NCBI GenBank assembly: GCA_032718475.1
Contig: JAUCBJ010001263.1
Span: 1 to 64,000 of the forward strand
From: Nemertoderma westbladi
Taxonomy: Eukaryota; Animalia; Xenacoelomorpha
Length of the DNA stretch: 64,000 nucleotides
Direction of reading: 5' to 3'
Of this stretch, positions 35,101 through 47,039 are shown piece after piece (within the stretch, counting starts at the first letter, position 1; every line of letters starts with the position of its first letter). Both the position numbers and the translations under genes were made by a program. The notes beneath the pieces are model-generated. The model did no database searches. It worked only from the letters and a program-made list of their open reading frames with translations, and was not told the DNA's origin.

Positions 35101-37697
35101 TATAATCCCGCTGCTAATGAACTTTCGGGCGCTACCAATTTTGCATACAAATACCTAACTATGTTATTCCTATTACCATACCTGATGTTTAGGGTATCCC
35201 AAACTTGTCTTAATCCATCGGGATGTCCAATAAACTTTAACGCCATTAACTTGGGAGATCCTTCCAAGCACTCAATGAGGAATCTAAGTTTCTCTCCATT
35301 AGATAGCACAGAGTTCTGTATGTTATCTTTGTAATATTCATTAAAAGGTAACCATTTCATCTCATCTCCATTGAACTTGACTATCTCTCCCACCTTTACC
35401 GCTTGACGGGCTTCGGTTCTAGCCATTTGACGCGTAAAACTTTCTTGGGCCATCGTGTTATTTAATATCGAGTTATCGGTATATAAATTTCTCGGATTAT
35501 GATCAGGTCTATAGGGAATGTCATTGTCAACAGGTTTATAATTACCCTTAATAGGGTTCACTATAGGAGTTTCTACTTCACTAGCAGTATAGATGCGTGT
35601 AGGCTCCACACCTTGCGCATGAGATACTTCAGACCTAACAGGTTGACACATTGTTACCGGGGGTGGTGGTATACCCTTTTGTATATTTACTAATTTATCG
35701 CGTTCTAACGCGATACTTTGCTGCACTTCTTGCAACTCTAACCTACTTTCCCTTACTGTGCCCTTGAACTGCTTAACAGTCTCCTGCATCTGCCCGAGCA
35801 GGAGGTCAATCTCCCGCCATCTCTCATCCACCCACTCGACCGCCGAAGCGGGAGCCGCCAACGTTGTAGCGGGCGGACGAGGGACAACGGGCGACAAATC
35901 ATTAATATTTCGCTCGGAGTCCAGGACATGAACGGTCTCCTGGGCTGTTCTGCTGGGCACAGGTAGCTTAGTGCTATGCAAAGGGAATCTAGAGGTAGGT
36001 TCTGGGAGTACAGGTGTCTCTATCACCGAAGGGGTGGCTTCGAGAACAGGCCTAATTATTTCAGGCTCATCTACTATAGTAGGGAGTCTGTCTATTTTAA
36101 TAATTTGGTCTGTGGGTTCTGTACTACCTAAGTCTGTGCTAACTAGTTGTTTTCGAACAGCTGGGGGCAAATCAGGCAATTTCTGACGGTGGGACATTCT
36201 TCTACGTCTGCTGAGACGAGATCGATTTCCTCCGCCTTCAGGATCTGTTGTATCGCCTTCATCTGATGATGTAAAACCCTGTCTCTTGGGGGTGGATCGA
36301 TTCATCAGCTGCCACTGAGTAGCTGTTCTCTGTTTATCTAGATAGTCTTGCTTCTCTTGCAGATTTTCCAATTCTAGTTGGGCGGTCTCTTCAGATGCTC
36401 TTCGTTCTGCTTCCGCCACTGCTATCTTTCTTTCCGCTTCTGCCGCTGCCGCTTTTCTTTCTGCCGCTGCCTCTGCTGCCTTTCTTTCCGCTTCTGCCGC
36501 TGCCATTGCCGCTGCTGTTGCCTTTCTGTCTTCTATACGTTTTTTCTTTACCTGCTCTTCTTGGACCTTAGCGATGCGGCTGCTTTCATCAAATTTAGCA
36601 TGGTTCGCAGCTATCATATCCGCATCGATTGCGTCCAACACAAGCTTGGCTCCTTCACTATTAGGGCTAAGTCCATCTAGCCTTCTCCTCAACTCTTCAT
36701 CACCCACAAAACGTTGATAGTCTGACAGATAGATGTCAATAGCATCCCTCTTATGCGGTTTCTCTGCTGTCGCTTCGCTTTCCATTTGGGAAAAGGTAGC
36801 GTCTGTTGATTCTCCATGAGTTGAGCGCTCAGCCAGCTGAGATTTCCACTGGGCAGTTCCTTGAACTTTGAGACTCACTCGCTGAAACCAAGTCTTTACG
36901 GCAACTTGCAACGACGTGTCTTGTCTTCTTTTCGAAGCTTCCTCAAAGGCCGATAGGATTAGTCTGATTCGTAGAGTTCTTTCTCGAACTTGATAAAGCA
37001 GCTCTCCCTGCTCTTGAGGTCCTTGGGGTTGTCGAAACAGTTGTTCTTCTAATCGCTCCATAGAGCTGAAGAATCCCTGTACGTATCCTGCAGCGGACCT
37101 CTTCCACACAGCTGGATCGATGGTTTCCTTGGTTACTCCCATCCTGTGTATGTCTTCCCAGGCAGCTTCCGATAAGTCAAACGGGAGTCCGGGTCCGGGG
37201 AAGTTCCATTGCGACTCGACAATAGACTTCAGTTCTTCCCTTGTGTATTCCGCATAACTATCCTTAGTCGATCGCTTACTTCTCGCCCAATCAATCTGGT
37301 GTTCCTCCACCGCAATCAATACCCTAGTGAGTACGGCTGCAGGAAGGATGAGAAGGGGATCCGAATAAACCGCATCTGTCATCTTCGCTCCGTGCTCGGG
37401 TGTCAGCTCTACAGTATCCTCACTACTGGAGCTGTCGGGCCGCTGAGAAATAAGTTCTCGGCTTGAGTGTTGCTGCTGTTCCGCTGCTTCTTGGTCTCGC
37501 TTGACCTGAGCTCGAGTGCCTATGACAGACCTACGATGTTGGACTAGCCTAGGGTCTGATATTACTACCGGAGGGATGATCTTTCTTACAGTAGGAGGTG
37601 AGTTGAACTTCGGTCTCACACGTTCCACACTCCTGTCTGGGTCACAGATGGTTGTATCTAGGAGACTGTCTGACAGGTTTTGCTTTGTATCAGACAT
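35100..37697 (-). CDS. BEL Gag N-terminal part (long low-complexity/coiled-coil extension + DUF1759-like start)
   Basis: 865 aa; KFNGDEMKWLPF..Y...I....LSNGEKLRFLIECLEGSPK....L..RYG motif near the C-terminus. Confidence 0.88.
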   Translation of the reverse strand: MSDTKQNLSDSLLDTTICDPDRSVERVRPKFNSPPTVRKIIPPVVISDPRLVQHRRSVIGTRAQVKRDQEAAEQQQHSSRELISQRPDSSSSEDTVELTPEHGAKMTDAVYSDPLLILPAAVLTRVLIAVEEHQIDWARSKRSTKDSYAEYTREELKSIVESQWNFPGPGLPFDLSEAAWEDIHRMGVTKETIDPAVWKRSAAGYVQGFFSSMERLEEQLFRQPQGPQEQGELLYQVRERTLRIRLILSAFEEASKRRQDTSLQVAVKTWFQRVSLKVQGTAQWKSQLAERSTHGESTDATFSQMESEATAEKPHKRDAIDIYLSDYQRFVGDEELRRRLDGLSPNSEGAKLVLDAIDADMIAANHAKFDESSRIAKVQEEQVKKKRIEDRKATAAAMAAAEAERKAAEAAAERKAAAAEAERKIAVAEAERRASEETAQLELENLQEKQDYLDKQRTATQWQLMNRSTPKRQGFTSSDEGDTTDPEGGGNRSRLSRRRRMSHRQKLPDLPPAVRKQLVSTDLGSTEPTDQIIKIDRLPTIVDEPEIIRPVLEATPSVIETPVLPEPTSRFPLHSTKLPVPSRTAQETVHVLDSERNINDLSPVVPRPPATTLAAPASAVEWVDERWREIDLLLGQMQETVKQFKGTVRESRLELQEVQQSIALERDKLVNIQKGIPPPPVTMCQPVRSEVSHAQGVEPTRIYTASEVETPIVNPIKGNYKPVDNDIPYRPDHNPRNLYTDNSILNNTMAQESFTRQMARTEARQAVKVGEIVKFNGDEMKWLPFNEYYKDNIQNSVLSNGEKLRFLIECLEGSPKLMALKFIGHPDGLRQVWDTLNIRYGNRNNIVRYLYAKLVAPESSLAAGL

Positions 37698-37845
37698 GTT
37701 TGTTTGTACAGTTGAATTGCCTACTGCTATATTACAGTTAAAGCAAGTCTAGTAATTCAGTATCACTGTTAGCCTAGTAATTAATTACCGATACTGCTAC
37801 TCAGTGTCGCGTGATATATATATATAATATATTAGAATACTGGTA

Positions 37846-38215
37846 TGCTTATAGTATATATATAAGTATTATTACAGACTAGGTTTGTCACAGAATACCG
37901 GTATGTAATTTCAGCACAAATATATAGCAATATATAATAAGCCTATCGTGAATACCGGAATGCAGCTTACACTTATAGTATATATAAGTATAATTATGAA
38001 CTAGAATTAATTACAGAATACCGGTATAATTTCAGCCTAAATTTATAAATATATAATAGGCCTATCGTGAATACCGGTACCGGTATACAGCTTACACTTA
38101 TAGTATATATATAAGTATAATTACAGACTAGAATTGATTACAGAATACCGGTATGATTTCAGCCTAAATTTATAGAAATAAATATAATAAGCCTATGGTA
38201 AATACCGGTATGTCA
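37846..38215. repeat. ~120-bp imperfect tandem repeat x3 in BEL 5' leader
   Basis: cttatagtatatataagtat...ttacagaataccggtat...tttcagc...tataata.gcctat repeated. Confidence 0.75.
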
Positions 38216-39160
38216 ATTATTTTAGAATAATTGAATTTCTGAATTTTTAGGGGTTACTTGGTTACTTTACTTACTTTATTACCATTATTTGAGCAGTAGT
38301 CCAACTGATATTGAGACCTAATTGTTGTATGGCAGGCCTACTATTTATAAATCGTTTGAGTTGATTTATAATATATATACCCGTTTAATGGGTTTTTGTC
38401 AATATTTGAAATAAATGTTATTATTTCTGGGGGGAGTCACTACACAGAAGCTGTGCGCTCTCAGTGAAGTGTTACTTGTTGGACACTAAAACAAATAATT
38501 CAATTTACCTAAGTTACTTAATACTACAAATTATGTACAATTCTGGGTGAGATTACAATCTCTAAATAAACACAATAATTTACAAGTACGAATTTTTAGG
38601 GTAATTTTACAAGAAGTCTACAAACCAGCCTAACAAAGGGTTAGAATATCTGGTTATTACAACAGACAGGGTACTACGGTATTTGAAAATAACAAGCAGT
38701 AGTAAATATATTGCGTTGTCCAGATAGAAAAAATACCACCGTCTGACGACTTATAGCTGTATCGCTATAAGTACTACGTTATGTATCATGGAGTGTTCCT
38801 ACCTAGAAGTTAATTACCGCGGTCTACCAGAACCAACGTGCCTATTAACCACTTTACAACACAAATATACTGCCTACACACTAATCACCTTCGGAAAGCA
38901 CTGTACACTAAACCCTAAATTAGGTACAAGTACTTATACAACAAATAATCAGTAGTTAAAAATACTTGAACAGCTAAAAGAACCATGGTATCTGCTGGAG
39001 TGACCGGGGCACAAAATTACCAGTCTTTACCTACGCCAAGCAGCCCTGATGTAGTACCGGGGTTAGTTTAACTATAACGGTATATATAACAAGCACAATT
39101 ACTGTAGGAATAAACTTGGGGATATGAATGTTGCGAATAATCGCATAAACTCTGAATATT

Positions 39161-39733
39161 AAATATTACGCTACGCGTACAGACTACTCAAACAAAATGC
39201 AGACCAAATGCTGACAGACTACTATCAAGCCTAAACAAACTACGGTATATACAGACTCCGAAATGGTTAGTTAGTATGCGTTCTAACCGAGTAGTATGAC
39301 TTATTCTTTCGAGGGGGTTTACCTCACAGCACTGGAAGCCCCTACGTTCCCAACTGGCACTTTATCGGACATACACTCTACACACACCGAAATCTCTTCA
39401 GACCTAACAACAGCCAGGCAAAATCCAGCCTACAAATTATCTAAATAAGAAATATTACGCTACCCGTACAGACTACACAAACAAAGTACAGACCAAACGC
39501 TGGCAGACTACTATCAAGCCTAAATACACTACAGTATATGCAGACTCCGAAATGGTTAGTTAGTATGCGTTCTAACCGAGTAGTACGACTTATTCTTTCG
39601 AGGGGGTTTACCTCACAGCACTGGAAGCCCCTACTTTCCTAACTAGTACTTTTTCGGACATACGCTCTACACACACTACAGTCCCTTCAGACTTAACAAC
39701 AGTCAGACAAGAGGTCCAGCCTACAAATTATCT
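39161..39733. repeat. ~290-bp tandem duplication in BEL 5' leader
   Basis: aaatattacgctac...cagactccgaaatggttagttagtatgcgttctaaccgag...ccagcctacaaattatct occurs twice. Confidence 0.85.
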
Positions 39734-40296
39734 GTACAATCTGAGCAGGCTTACACATCTTCTGCTCAATATTGGCCTACAAATAAATAAAACTGACAGA
39801 AATAAGTAAAATCTCAATAAAAAACCAGGGCGGGCCCTCCCTGATTTAATATTAAGGCCTACCGGTATATAATTATCAAATTCGAATAATACTGCTGTAC
39901 CTGTACTGCTGTAGGTACCGGTCCGGGTGGTTAGGTAGTCAGGCCTACTAGGTACCGGTTGTCCGGTACTTCAGCTTTATTGCCTACTGCAATACAGAAG
40001 GTATATCTGTTATTGTTCTTACCAGAACAATATTAAACTGCATTTATTGCCTACACTGCAATCTGAAATCAATATCTGTTATTGTTCGCGCTTTTAGACC
40101 TTTAGCAGTTTAACCTGCCAAATTGGGATGTCTTCTAGATAATAAATCGTCTTTAGCCTATGACGAGTATTTGATACACTACATTAGCCGAAGCCAGTCT
40201 ATGCGTGACCATTCACCCGCTGGATATACCCGGGAGACTGGATTCGGAAGCCTAACCTTATTGCGGTGTAGGCCTACTGTATTATTCGACTGATCG

Positions 40297-40892
40297 TAAT
40301 ATATAATCTCTGACAAATATTATTCACTTTCGGGAAATATTAACAGTTCCTTTAGGACGTGGCGCTCTAAATATGTAAACAGAGTTATGACTTAAACTAG
40401 ACACAACGGGATGGCTATGGATTCACGTATATGGCGCATTCTTTAGGAGATGCTTTGTTATCAGTCACAATCATACACAATACTGCACAATGCTGCACAC
40501 CGATCTGTCGACCTTCACTAATTTTAGTCACATATAAAGAGAACAACAACCAATACATGTAGTGCCTATGAAATAGCATTAGATTCACTTCAAAACCACT
40601 TTAATGTAAGTCGCAATCGTTATATGTAACCGGTCTCTCTTACCTTCAGTATATCAAGAAGATTGAGGGTTTTGTAATTATTTATCGGTATTCCAAATAT
40701 AATAATATTCCATCAACTGATATAATGAATAACCGACAGTAAATAGCAGTACAAATGTTAAGTTAAGTATGATATGAATTGAATTGTGGTTTGTGAGTAA
40801 TGTAATGATAACAGATATACGTTCTATAATTAAGCCTACTAATGTTGGGCTAAAGACTGAAAACACAGAGATTCCGAAGCCGGTCTTCTGGG
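40297..40892 (-). repeat. truncated 5' LTR of BEL element
   Basis: near-identical to 24176-24772 (one 1-bp indel seen); identity stops abruptly at 40892. Confidence 0.85.
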
Positions 40893-41609
40893 GTAGATGG
40901 TACCTTATTTGGTACAAGCCTCTGTGTTAGAGGTTTGGCCAATCTTGAACCAGAAGGTAGAGTGCTGCACAAGGATGGCATTCACCTGAGTGATAAATCG
41001 CAAGTAAAGTTTTATCTTGCCCGTTCACAGAGTCTAATAGTAAGAGAGTAAAACGGAGTAAAAATATTTTAGTCTGAGTTTAGCATTGCCCGCTCAGATT
41101 AAATAAGGATTGGATAGTTCTTTTTACAGAACACAGCAGAACACAGTAGAACACAGCAGAACACAATAGAATAAAGGCGGAACATAGGCAAACACAGCTG
41201 TAATTAAAATCTACAGCAAAAAATAACACACTTGGGAAAATACCGGACTTAATCATACAACTGTTAGATGTCAATTACATATTTAAATTAAATGGCGGTT
41301 TTCCATATCCTCCAAAATAAATTACTTCTTCTCACTATCCTGTAACCATGGCAGCATGGAGAGTTGGTTAGTTCTACAGCAGTACAGTACCGGTAGCTGA
41401 GTAGGCCTATATCAGTACATTGGTAATATACTCTACACGCGTAATTGCTGGTAAATGCCTACATCTATCTGCCTGTACAATGTACAGTATGTCAGTCTGT
41501 ACATGTCTCTACAGCACTAGGCCTACTGCAGTATTGGAACAGGCTGACAAGCAGACTGCTGGACTTGTAACAGGTACAGGCCTAATCGAACAGCTGATCG
41601 GGCAACTCT

Positions 41610-41790
41610 GATCAGGTAATTTATTTTGGAGGATATGGAAAACATGAGAAACTATATCTGGGTGATCACCTGCCACTTGATATGGTAGAAGTGACTCCTG
41701 GATCTCAGGCCAATTAGTATTGCATGTCATTGTTATGAACAAATCAGGCTTATTGAACTCTCCACATATCACCATGGCATCTTGAAATAA
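41610..41790 (-). mobile_element. Helitron Rep fragment
   Basis: FQDAMVICGEFNKPDLFITMTCNTNWPEIQESLLP.Q...DHPDIVSHVF, typical Helitron Rep motif. Confidence 0.85.
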
Positions 41791-42638
41791 CAACACTTCT
41801 GTGGTAGATACACTGTGGCAGAGCCATAACACAAAGACAGATATGATAACACTTGCATTTACTAACAATTGAATTTTTCGCCAGGATCCCGATTTTTCGG
41901 GTTTGGGTTCAGGATCCCGTTTAAACTGCGCAGTGCACTATAAAGTGTTACTTAACGATTCACACAAATCTAAAGTTATTATTTTCATTAATGAAAATAA
42001 TAATAATATAATAATATGAAAACAATAAAATAGGACATGGGGTCTTTATTCCCTCAGATACTACCTAGCATTTAGGGCCACTTGGGCCACTGTTAGTACT
42101 CAGGCACTAAGGCCCATCAAAAAACAAAATACCAAATCGATTTTAGTGCTACATAATCCAACCCAACTACCACAAGAAAAACTACACCAAACCATACAGT
42201 AACTACAGGTTCCGTTAAGTATTACACGAAATAGGCTATCTCATAAATTACGAAAAATATAGGACATTTTGTCCACCGAAAAGGTAAGTCTAACGAATAA
42301 ATTTTATAAAAATAAAAGGGTTTTGGAGATTTAAACACTGAGGTTAAACACTGGGATCCGTGGTTCTCCTCATCAGTGTGCCACGAACCCCACCCCTACC
42401 CTAACATAACTGCACCACTAAATTAAGACAATGACCAATAAATTATAAATCCTACCATACCACCAAACAGAGTTGAAACCACCTACCCCCAAAGTATGTT
42501 ACCATCAGCCCCAAATGCATAAACATGATTCCCCACTGAATGCAACCAACCCCAATTAGCACCTGTCGGTATGTACAGATAAATGATCAAATTTTTAAAC
42601 AAAATTGCGCAGATGTCAGAAAATGCCCCTGTAAATAT

Positions 42639-42836
42639 ATAACTATATGGTGTTAGACAACCACGACTTTAGAGGGATTGTGATATAAATATGAAAACAA
42701 TAAAATAGGACATGGGTCTTATTTTAGATCTTATCATCATCATCATTATCATATTGCATTAGGTCTTATTATTTTATTGTTTTCATATTAAATCACAATC
42801 CCTCTAAAGTCGTGGTTGTCTAACATCATATAGTTA
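42639..42836. repeat. inverted repeat with ~75-bp arms (MITE-like)
   Basis: taactatatggtgttagacaaccacgactttagagggattgtgat... / ...atcacaatccctctaaagtcgtggttgtctaacatcatatagtta. Confidence 0.8.
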
Positions 42837-42839
42837 ATA

Positions 42840-43075
42840 ATATAATAATACAGTTATTTATAAAACGCCCTTTTCTGCTAAGGTTCAAAGGCCCAACAAA
42901 GGGTAAATACAAAAAAAGTGAAATATACAGAAAATATCAGAAAATATAATTTTTTATAGAATAAATTATTTGAGTTATTTGAAGGCCCTATCGAATAAAC
43001 ATGTTTTCAATTGTCGTTTGAATGAGTCCAAATTTGAGGAAGTCCTTAACCTGAGTGGAAGATTGTTAAATACAA
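42840..43075 (-). mobile_element. L2-clade LINE 3' end
   Basis: minus strand FNNLPLRLRTSSNLDSFKRQLKTCLFDRAF (L2 ORF2 C-terminus), then stem-loop tail ggcctttgaacc...gggcgttttataaat and tatta repeats. Confidence 0.8.
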
Positions 43076-44267
43076 CAAAGAAACAATTTTATTATTCATT
43101 TTCAAATCGATGTAGAATGAAGTAAAAATATAATATTGGCAATGAGGTACTACATACAACTTTCGAAAATAATTAATTGCCTCTTAATAATTTCAAATAA
43201 TTCTGTAACAAATTTTATAAACTTTTGTTGAGATTTTTATTTTCTACATTTATGTAAATTTATTGTTGAATATTATATTGTTAAATGATCTTCGCTGTGA
43301 AAAATTATTCGTATTTACATGTATTTTAATTCGGTTGCTTAAGTCAAAAAGTAAAAAGTATATATTATAAAAAACAGCGTGAAATAAAGTAGCAGTATTC
43401 TTACATATAATTTATACGCTCACTTTGAGGTAGGCCTAAGCAGAAAGTCAACAATTCTGTTCTTTACACATATGGTGTACATAAGCCATAAGAAGACAAT
43501 ACAGAATGCGATAATTGTTCCAGCATGATACCAGTGTGATTGTTTCAGTATTCCTACAATTTCTGTATTCTGATGGGCTGTAGGCAGTTACTGGCATGGT
43601 AGTATGGACATACCTGTATCTAGGTGCTACTTTATTTAATTAAATCAATTTATGATGCTTACATTATTACATATTACACGTTCATGGGGTCTTCGCGCAG
43701 CACGAGATACAGCTCAGTTAGCCGACTCTAAATTTCGATAAATTTGTAGAATTGCTAAACATTTGACAGACTACAAGTGTTAAAAACTGGCCGACATACA
43801 GGTTATAATAGTGGTCATTAAAATTTATGAAGCACTGGTAGTTCCCTAGTTATTAAGCCTAGACAAAGCTATATTTAGCGCCTCCTAGTGAAATTGAGTT
43901 CGAGTTAAATTGGGCTATACCATAAAATATCTGATTTAATTGAGAACCATTAATTTGTCATTGTATGACAGTTTCATGAACATCCCTCAAGTGGTTCAAA
44001 AGTTATTAAATGTAGACAAAGTGATATTTAGCGCCTCCTAGTGGTGGACCACATAATTGCGCAATGCCAAAATTCCGAAAATGAAGGGGATTGAGATGTA
44101 CGATTTACAGTAGAGAGATGGTTCTGGTGCTGAATTTCAATATCCCATTTTTAATCATCCCAATTGGAGACTAACCAATATGGGACATGGTCATCTGTTG
44201 TCCCTGGGTATGGGACCTTCAGCCCTGGGTAAGGATCAGCCACCACCTCACCATTAAGGGTAACGAC

Positions 44268-44406
44268 AGCGCTTTCACTGCAATTAGCGCCTTGTTGGGT
44301 GATGTCGGTGCTTTCACTGGAATTAGCGCCTCATTGGGTGATGTCAGCGCTTTCATTGGAATTAGCACCTCGTTGGGTGATTTCAGCACTTTCACCGGAA
44401 TTAGCG
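44268..44406. repeat. 39-bp tandem repeat, ~3.5 copies
   Basis: agcgctttcactggaattagcgcctcgttgggtgatgtc-like units. Confidence 0.8.
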
Positions 44407-44609
44407 AGAAAGCGAATTGCTTTCGGACTGCGAAGGACTAGGCCTAAGCAAAATAATTTTATTTTATTTCAGGTAGCAGGAGTATAATGGCACAGTCGCA
44501 GGGAGATCATGGATACAAATGGAGAAGTTATCATGAAGACAAATGATCTTCATTGTAGCAACATTGCACATGCTAGGGAAGATATTGTACAATGTCATGA
44601 CAATCATGA

Positions 44610-45090
44610 GCATATGATAAGTATTACTGGTGATTCACATATTAAACATTTATTACATTACATACCCAAATTAGATAGCACTCATGTTGAGCCAGGCATC
44701 TATCCAGACTATTTGGTTCTCAAAACAAGGTTGAATATTTCTTACCTGAAATAAGAAATATGTGCCAACTCTTAAAGAGTTTCCTTGCATATTGAAGAAC
44801 TACAAAACAATGTTTTATAAAACATGTGCAATATTTTTGTCACTAGGAGGGAATGATCTAGCTGCTGGTGCCACTGTCTCAGAGACAGAGAGCAGTTTGC
44901 GACAATGATTGTCCAACCTGCATGAAGCCACTGGGGCTAAAGTCATTTGGGTAGAGCTATTTCCACGTGGGAATAAATGCACTGATTCATTCAGTGCAGA
45001 CTGTAAGACTCTAAACAGTAGGATGAGGTCATGGTTAGATGGTACCTTATTTGGTGAACGGATGAAGTGGTAGGCATTCACCAGCGGCAG
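44610..45090 (+). pseudogene. decayed SGNH/GDSL hydrolase-like ORF (probably transposon-borne)
   Basis: ISITGDSH (block I), LGGNDL (block III), VIWVELFPRG; stops present; a second fragment at 40893-41030 shares tagatggtaccttatttggt and encodes LHKDGIHLS (block V). Confidence 0.6.
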
Positions 45091-45261
45091 CATAGTGTAA
45101 AGATGATAGAAAAAATAAAGTATTGAGGGTCTTTAGCTGGTTATATTATATTAGATAAAGAATAAAAATAATATACCTTATTTTACACGTTAATTAGACC
45201 TACTAAAAAAAATATAAACCCAAAAAAATTACATAGTTTAGAATATAAATATATACTTTAA

Positions 45262-46833
45262 CCCCATTAGTACCAGGCTATAAAATGCTGTACATATACC
45301 AGGGGGGGGGGGGGGGGTCATATTGACCCCCCCCCCCCCCCCCTCTAAAATCTACAAATACTAACGAAAACGTCTGATTTTTTGTTCGTACGTAGGTGTC
45401 ACTAGTCTGGATCCGACCGAAAAAAAATTTTCGAAAAAAAGTAATGGGGTGGTAATATTGCAGCACCAAAATTACAAGTTGTGCACAATTTTCACAAAAT
45501 TTGAATGTTACATTTTTCGGCTAATTGTTTTTCAATACAGGTTTTCTGGGGCGCAAAATACATTGCAAAATATTTAAAAATGATATGATTACCATAAGTG
45601 GCTGTTTAGTCGTCTCTGCATAGGAAAAAATTGAAAAAAACAAGTAACCAGCACTTTTCAGTAAGAACACAAAATTTTTAATTCACTTAAACGATGCTAT
45701 AAATTCACATTTTCAGGTTTTCTAGGGCGTTGATTGTAATGGAATACATTTCAAATATGCCAGATCATTGCTACTTGTATTTTTCGGCGTAATTTGGCAA
45801 AGTTTCAAAGGCAAAGGCAAAGTACCCATCACCAAAAAGTACAAGTTTGCGATGTCCAGTGCTGTTTTTATTGATTCCATCGGATTCAGGACCCTCATAA
45901 ACCCGTATAACGCAAGAAACAAGATGATACTATCTACTGATCAATTTACTCATTTTCCAAAATTTGGTGCTGGCACAACAATGCCGGCGAAAAATACAAG
46001 TTTGAAAACTCTTATGAAATTTTCACTGATTCCATTGAATTCAGAACCCTAACAAACCAGTATACCGCAAGAAACAAGGTGACACAATCAATTGATATAT
46101 TTGATGGTTTTGAAAAAATTAGGTGCTAGCACCACATTTTGCACCCACTTCCGAAAAATGAGATGAGATGTCTAGTTCGATAATTATATATTCCATTGAA
46201 TTCAGAACAGCCATAAACCTCTAAAACGCAAGAAATAAATTGTCACAAGCAATTTTATCTATTGAATGGATTTTCAAAATTTCGTGCTAGCACCAAAATT
46301 TGCACAAAGCACCGAAAAAATACAAGTTTGATACGCTTGGTGCAACTCTTATATATTTCATCGAAACCAGAACCCGAAAAACCCCAATTGCGTAAAAAAC
46401 AAGTTTCAAACAATCAATTTACAAAATTGACATATTTCAAAATTTGGTGCTGGCACCAAAATTTGGCACCCGCCAAAAAAGACAAGTTTGAAATTTCTAA
46501 GTCAATTTATATGAATTCCATCCAATTGCGAACACCAAAAAACCGGTGTAAATCAAAAATAGAGATGTTACAATTAATATTTAATGAAATGTAATTTTCA
46601 AAAAACGTCCCAAAAAAAGTGCCAAAAGTAGGGTTAAAAAATGGTGCTATAACTCGAAAACTACCCAATATTTTTTTTAAAACGGTTTTCACTACTAGGA
46701 TTTACTTTCACTACTAGATTTTTAGGAAAAGTCATAAAATTTCAGATTCCCAACTGCGTTTGTTTCAGAATTATAATAAAAAAACCACGGGGGGGGGGGG
46801 GTCATATTGACCCGCCACCCGGGTTTAATAGGG
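45262..46833. mobile_element. non-autonomous piggyBac-type element with internal ~160-bp repeats
   Basis: TTAA flanks (45258-61, 46834-37), CCC..GGG ends, subterminal gggggtcatattgaccc at both ends; internal units with caagtttg..tccattgaattcagaac..aatttggtgctggcac. Confidence 0.78.
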
Positions 46834-47039
46834 TTAATTTTCAGCTTAATTAGGCCTACTAAAATAATTAAAAACCCAAAACTATATAGTTTATAGTATA
46901 TAGCTTAGTGTAGAAATATATACTTTATATTACAGGTTAAATTTTAATTAAACAGTCACATTCCTTCGGTCTGTGCCAGTTCTGAATCAGCTGTCCATGG
47001 CCGACCAAGACGGTTGCTACCTTGACAAGTTAGGAGTAA

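Larger units (their letters stand above)
24176..40892 (-). mobile_element. BEL/Pao LTR retrotransposon, near full length, 5' LTR truncated
   Basis: direct repeats 24178-24772 and 40299-40892 flank a gag-PR-RT-RNaseH-IN polyprotein with BEL motifs. Confidence 0.93.

Noticed and set aside
30023-37752. Numerous plus-strand and alternate-frame ORFs over gag-pol
   Set aside because: Shadow ORFs of the long BEL coding region
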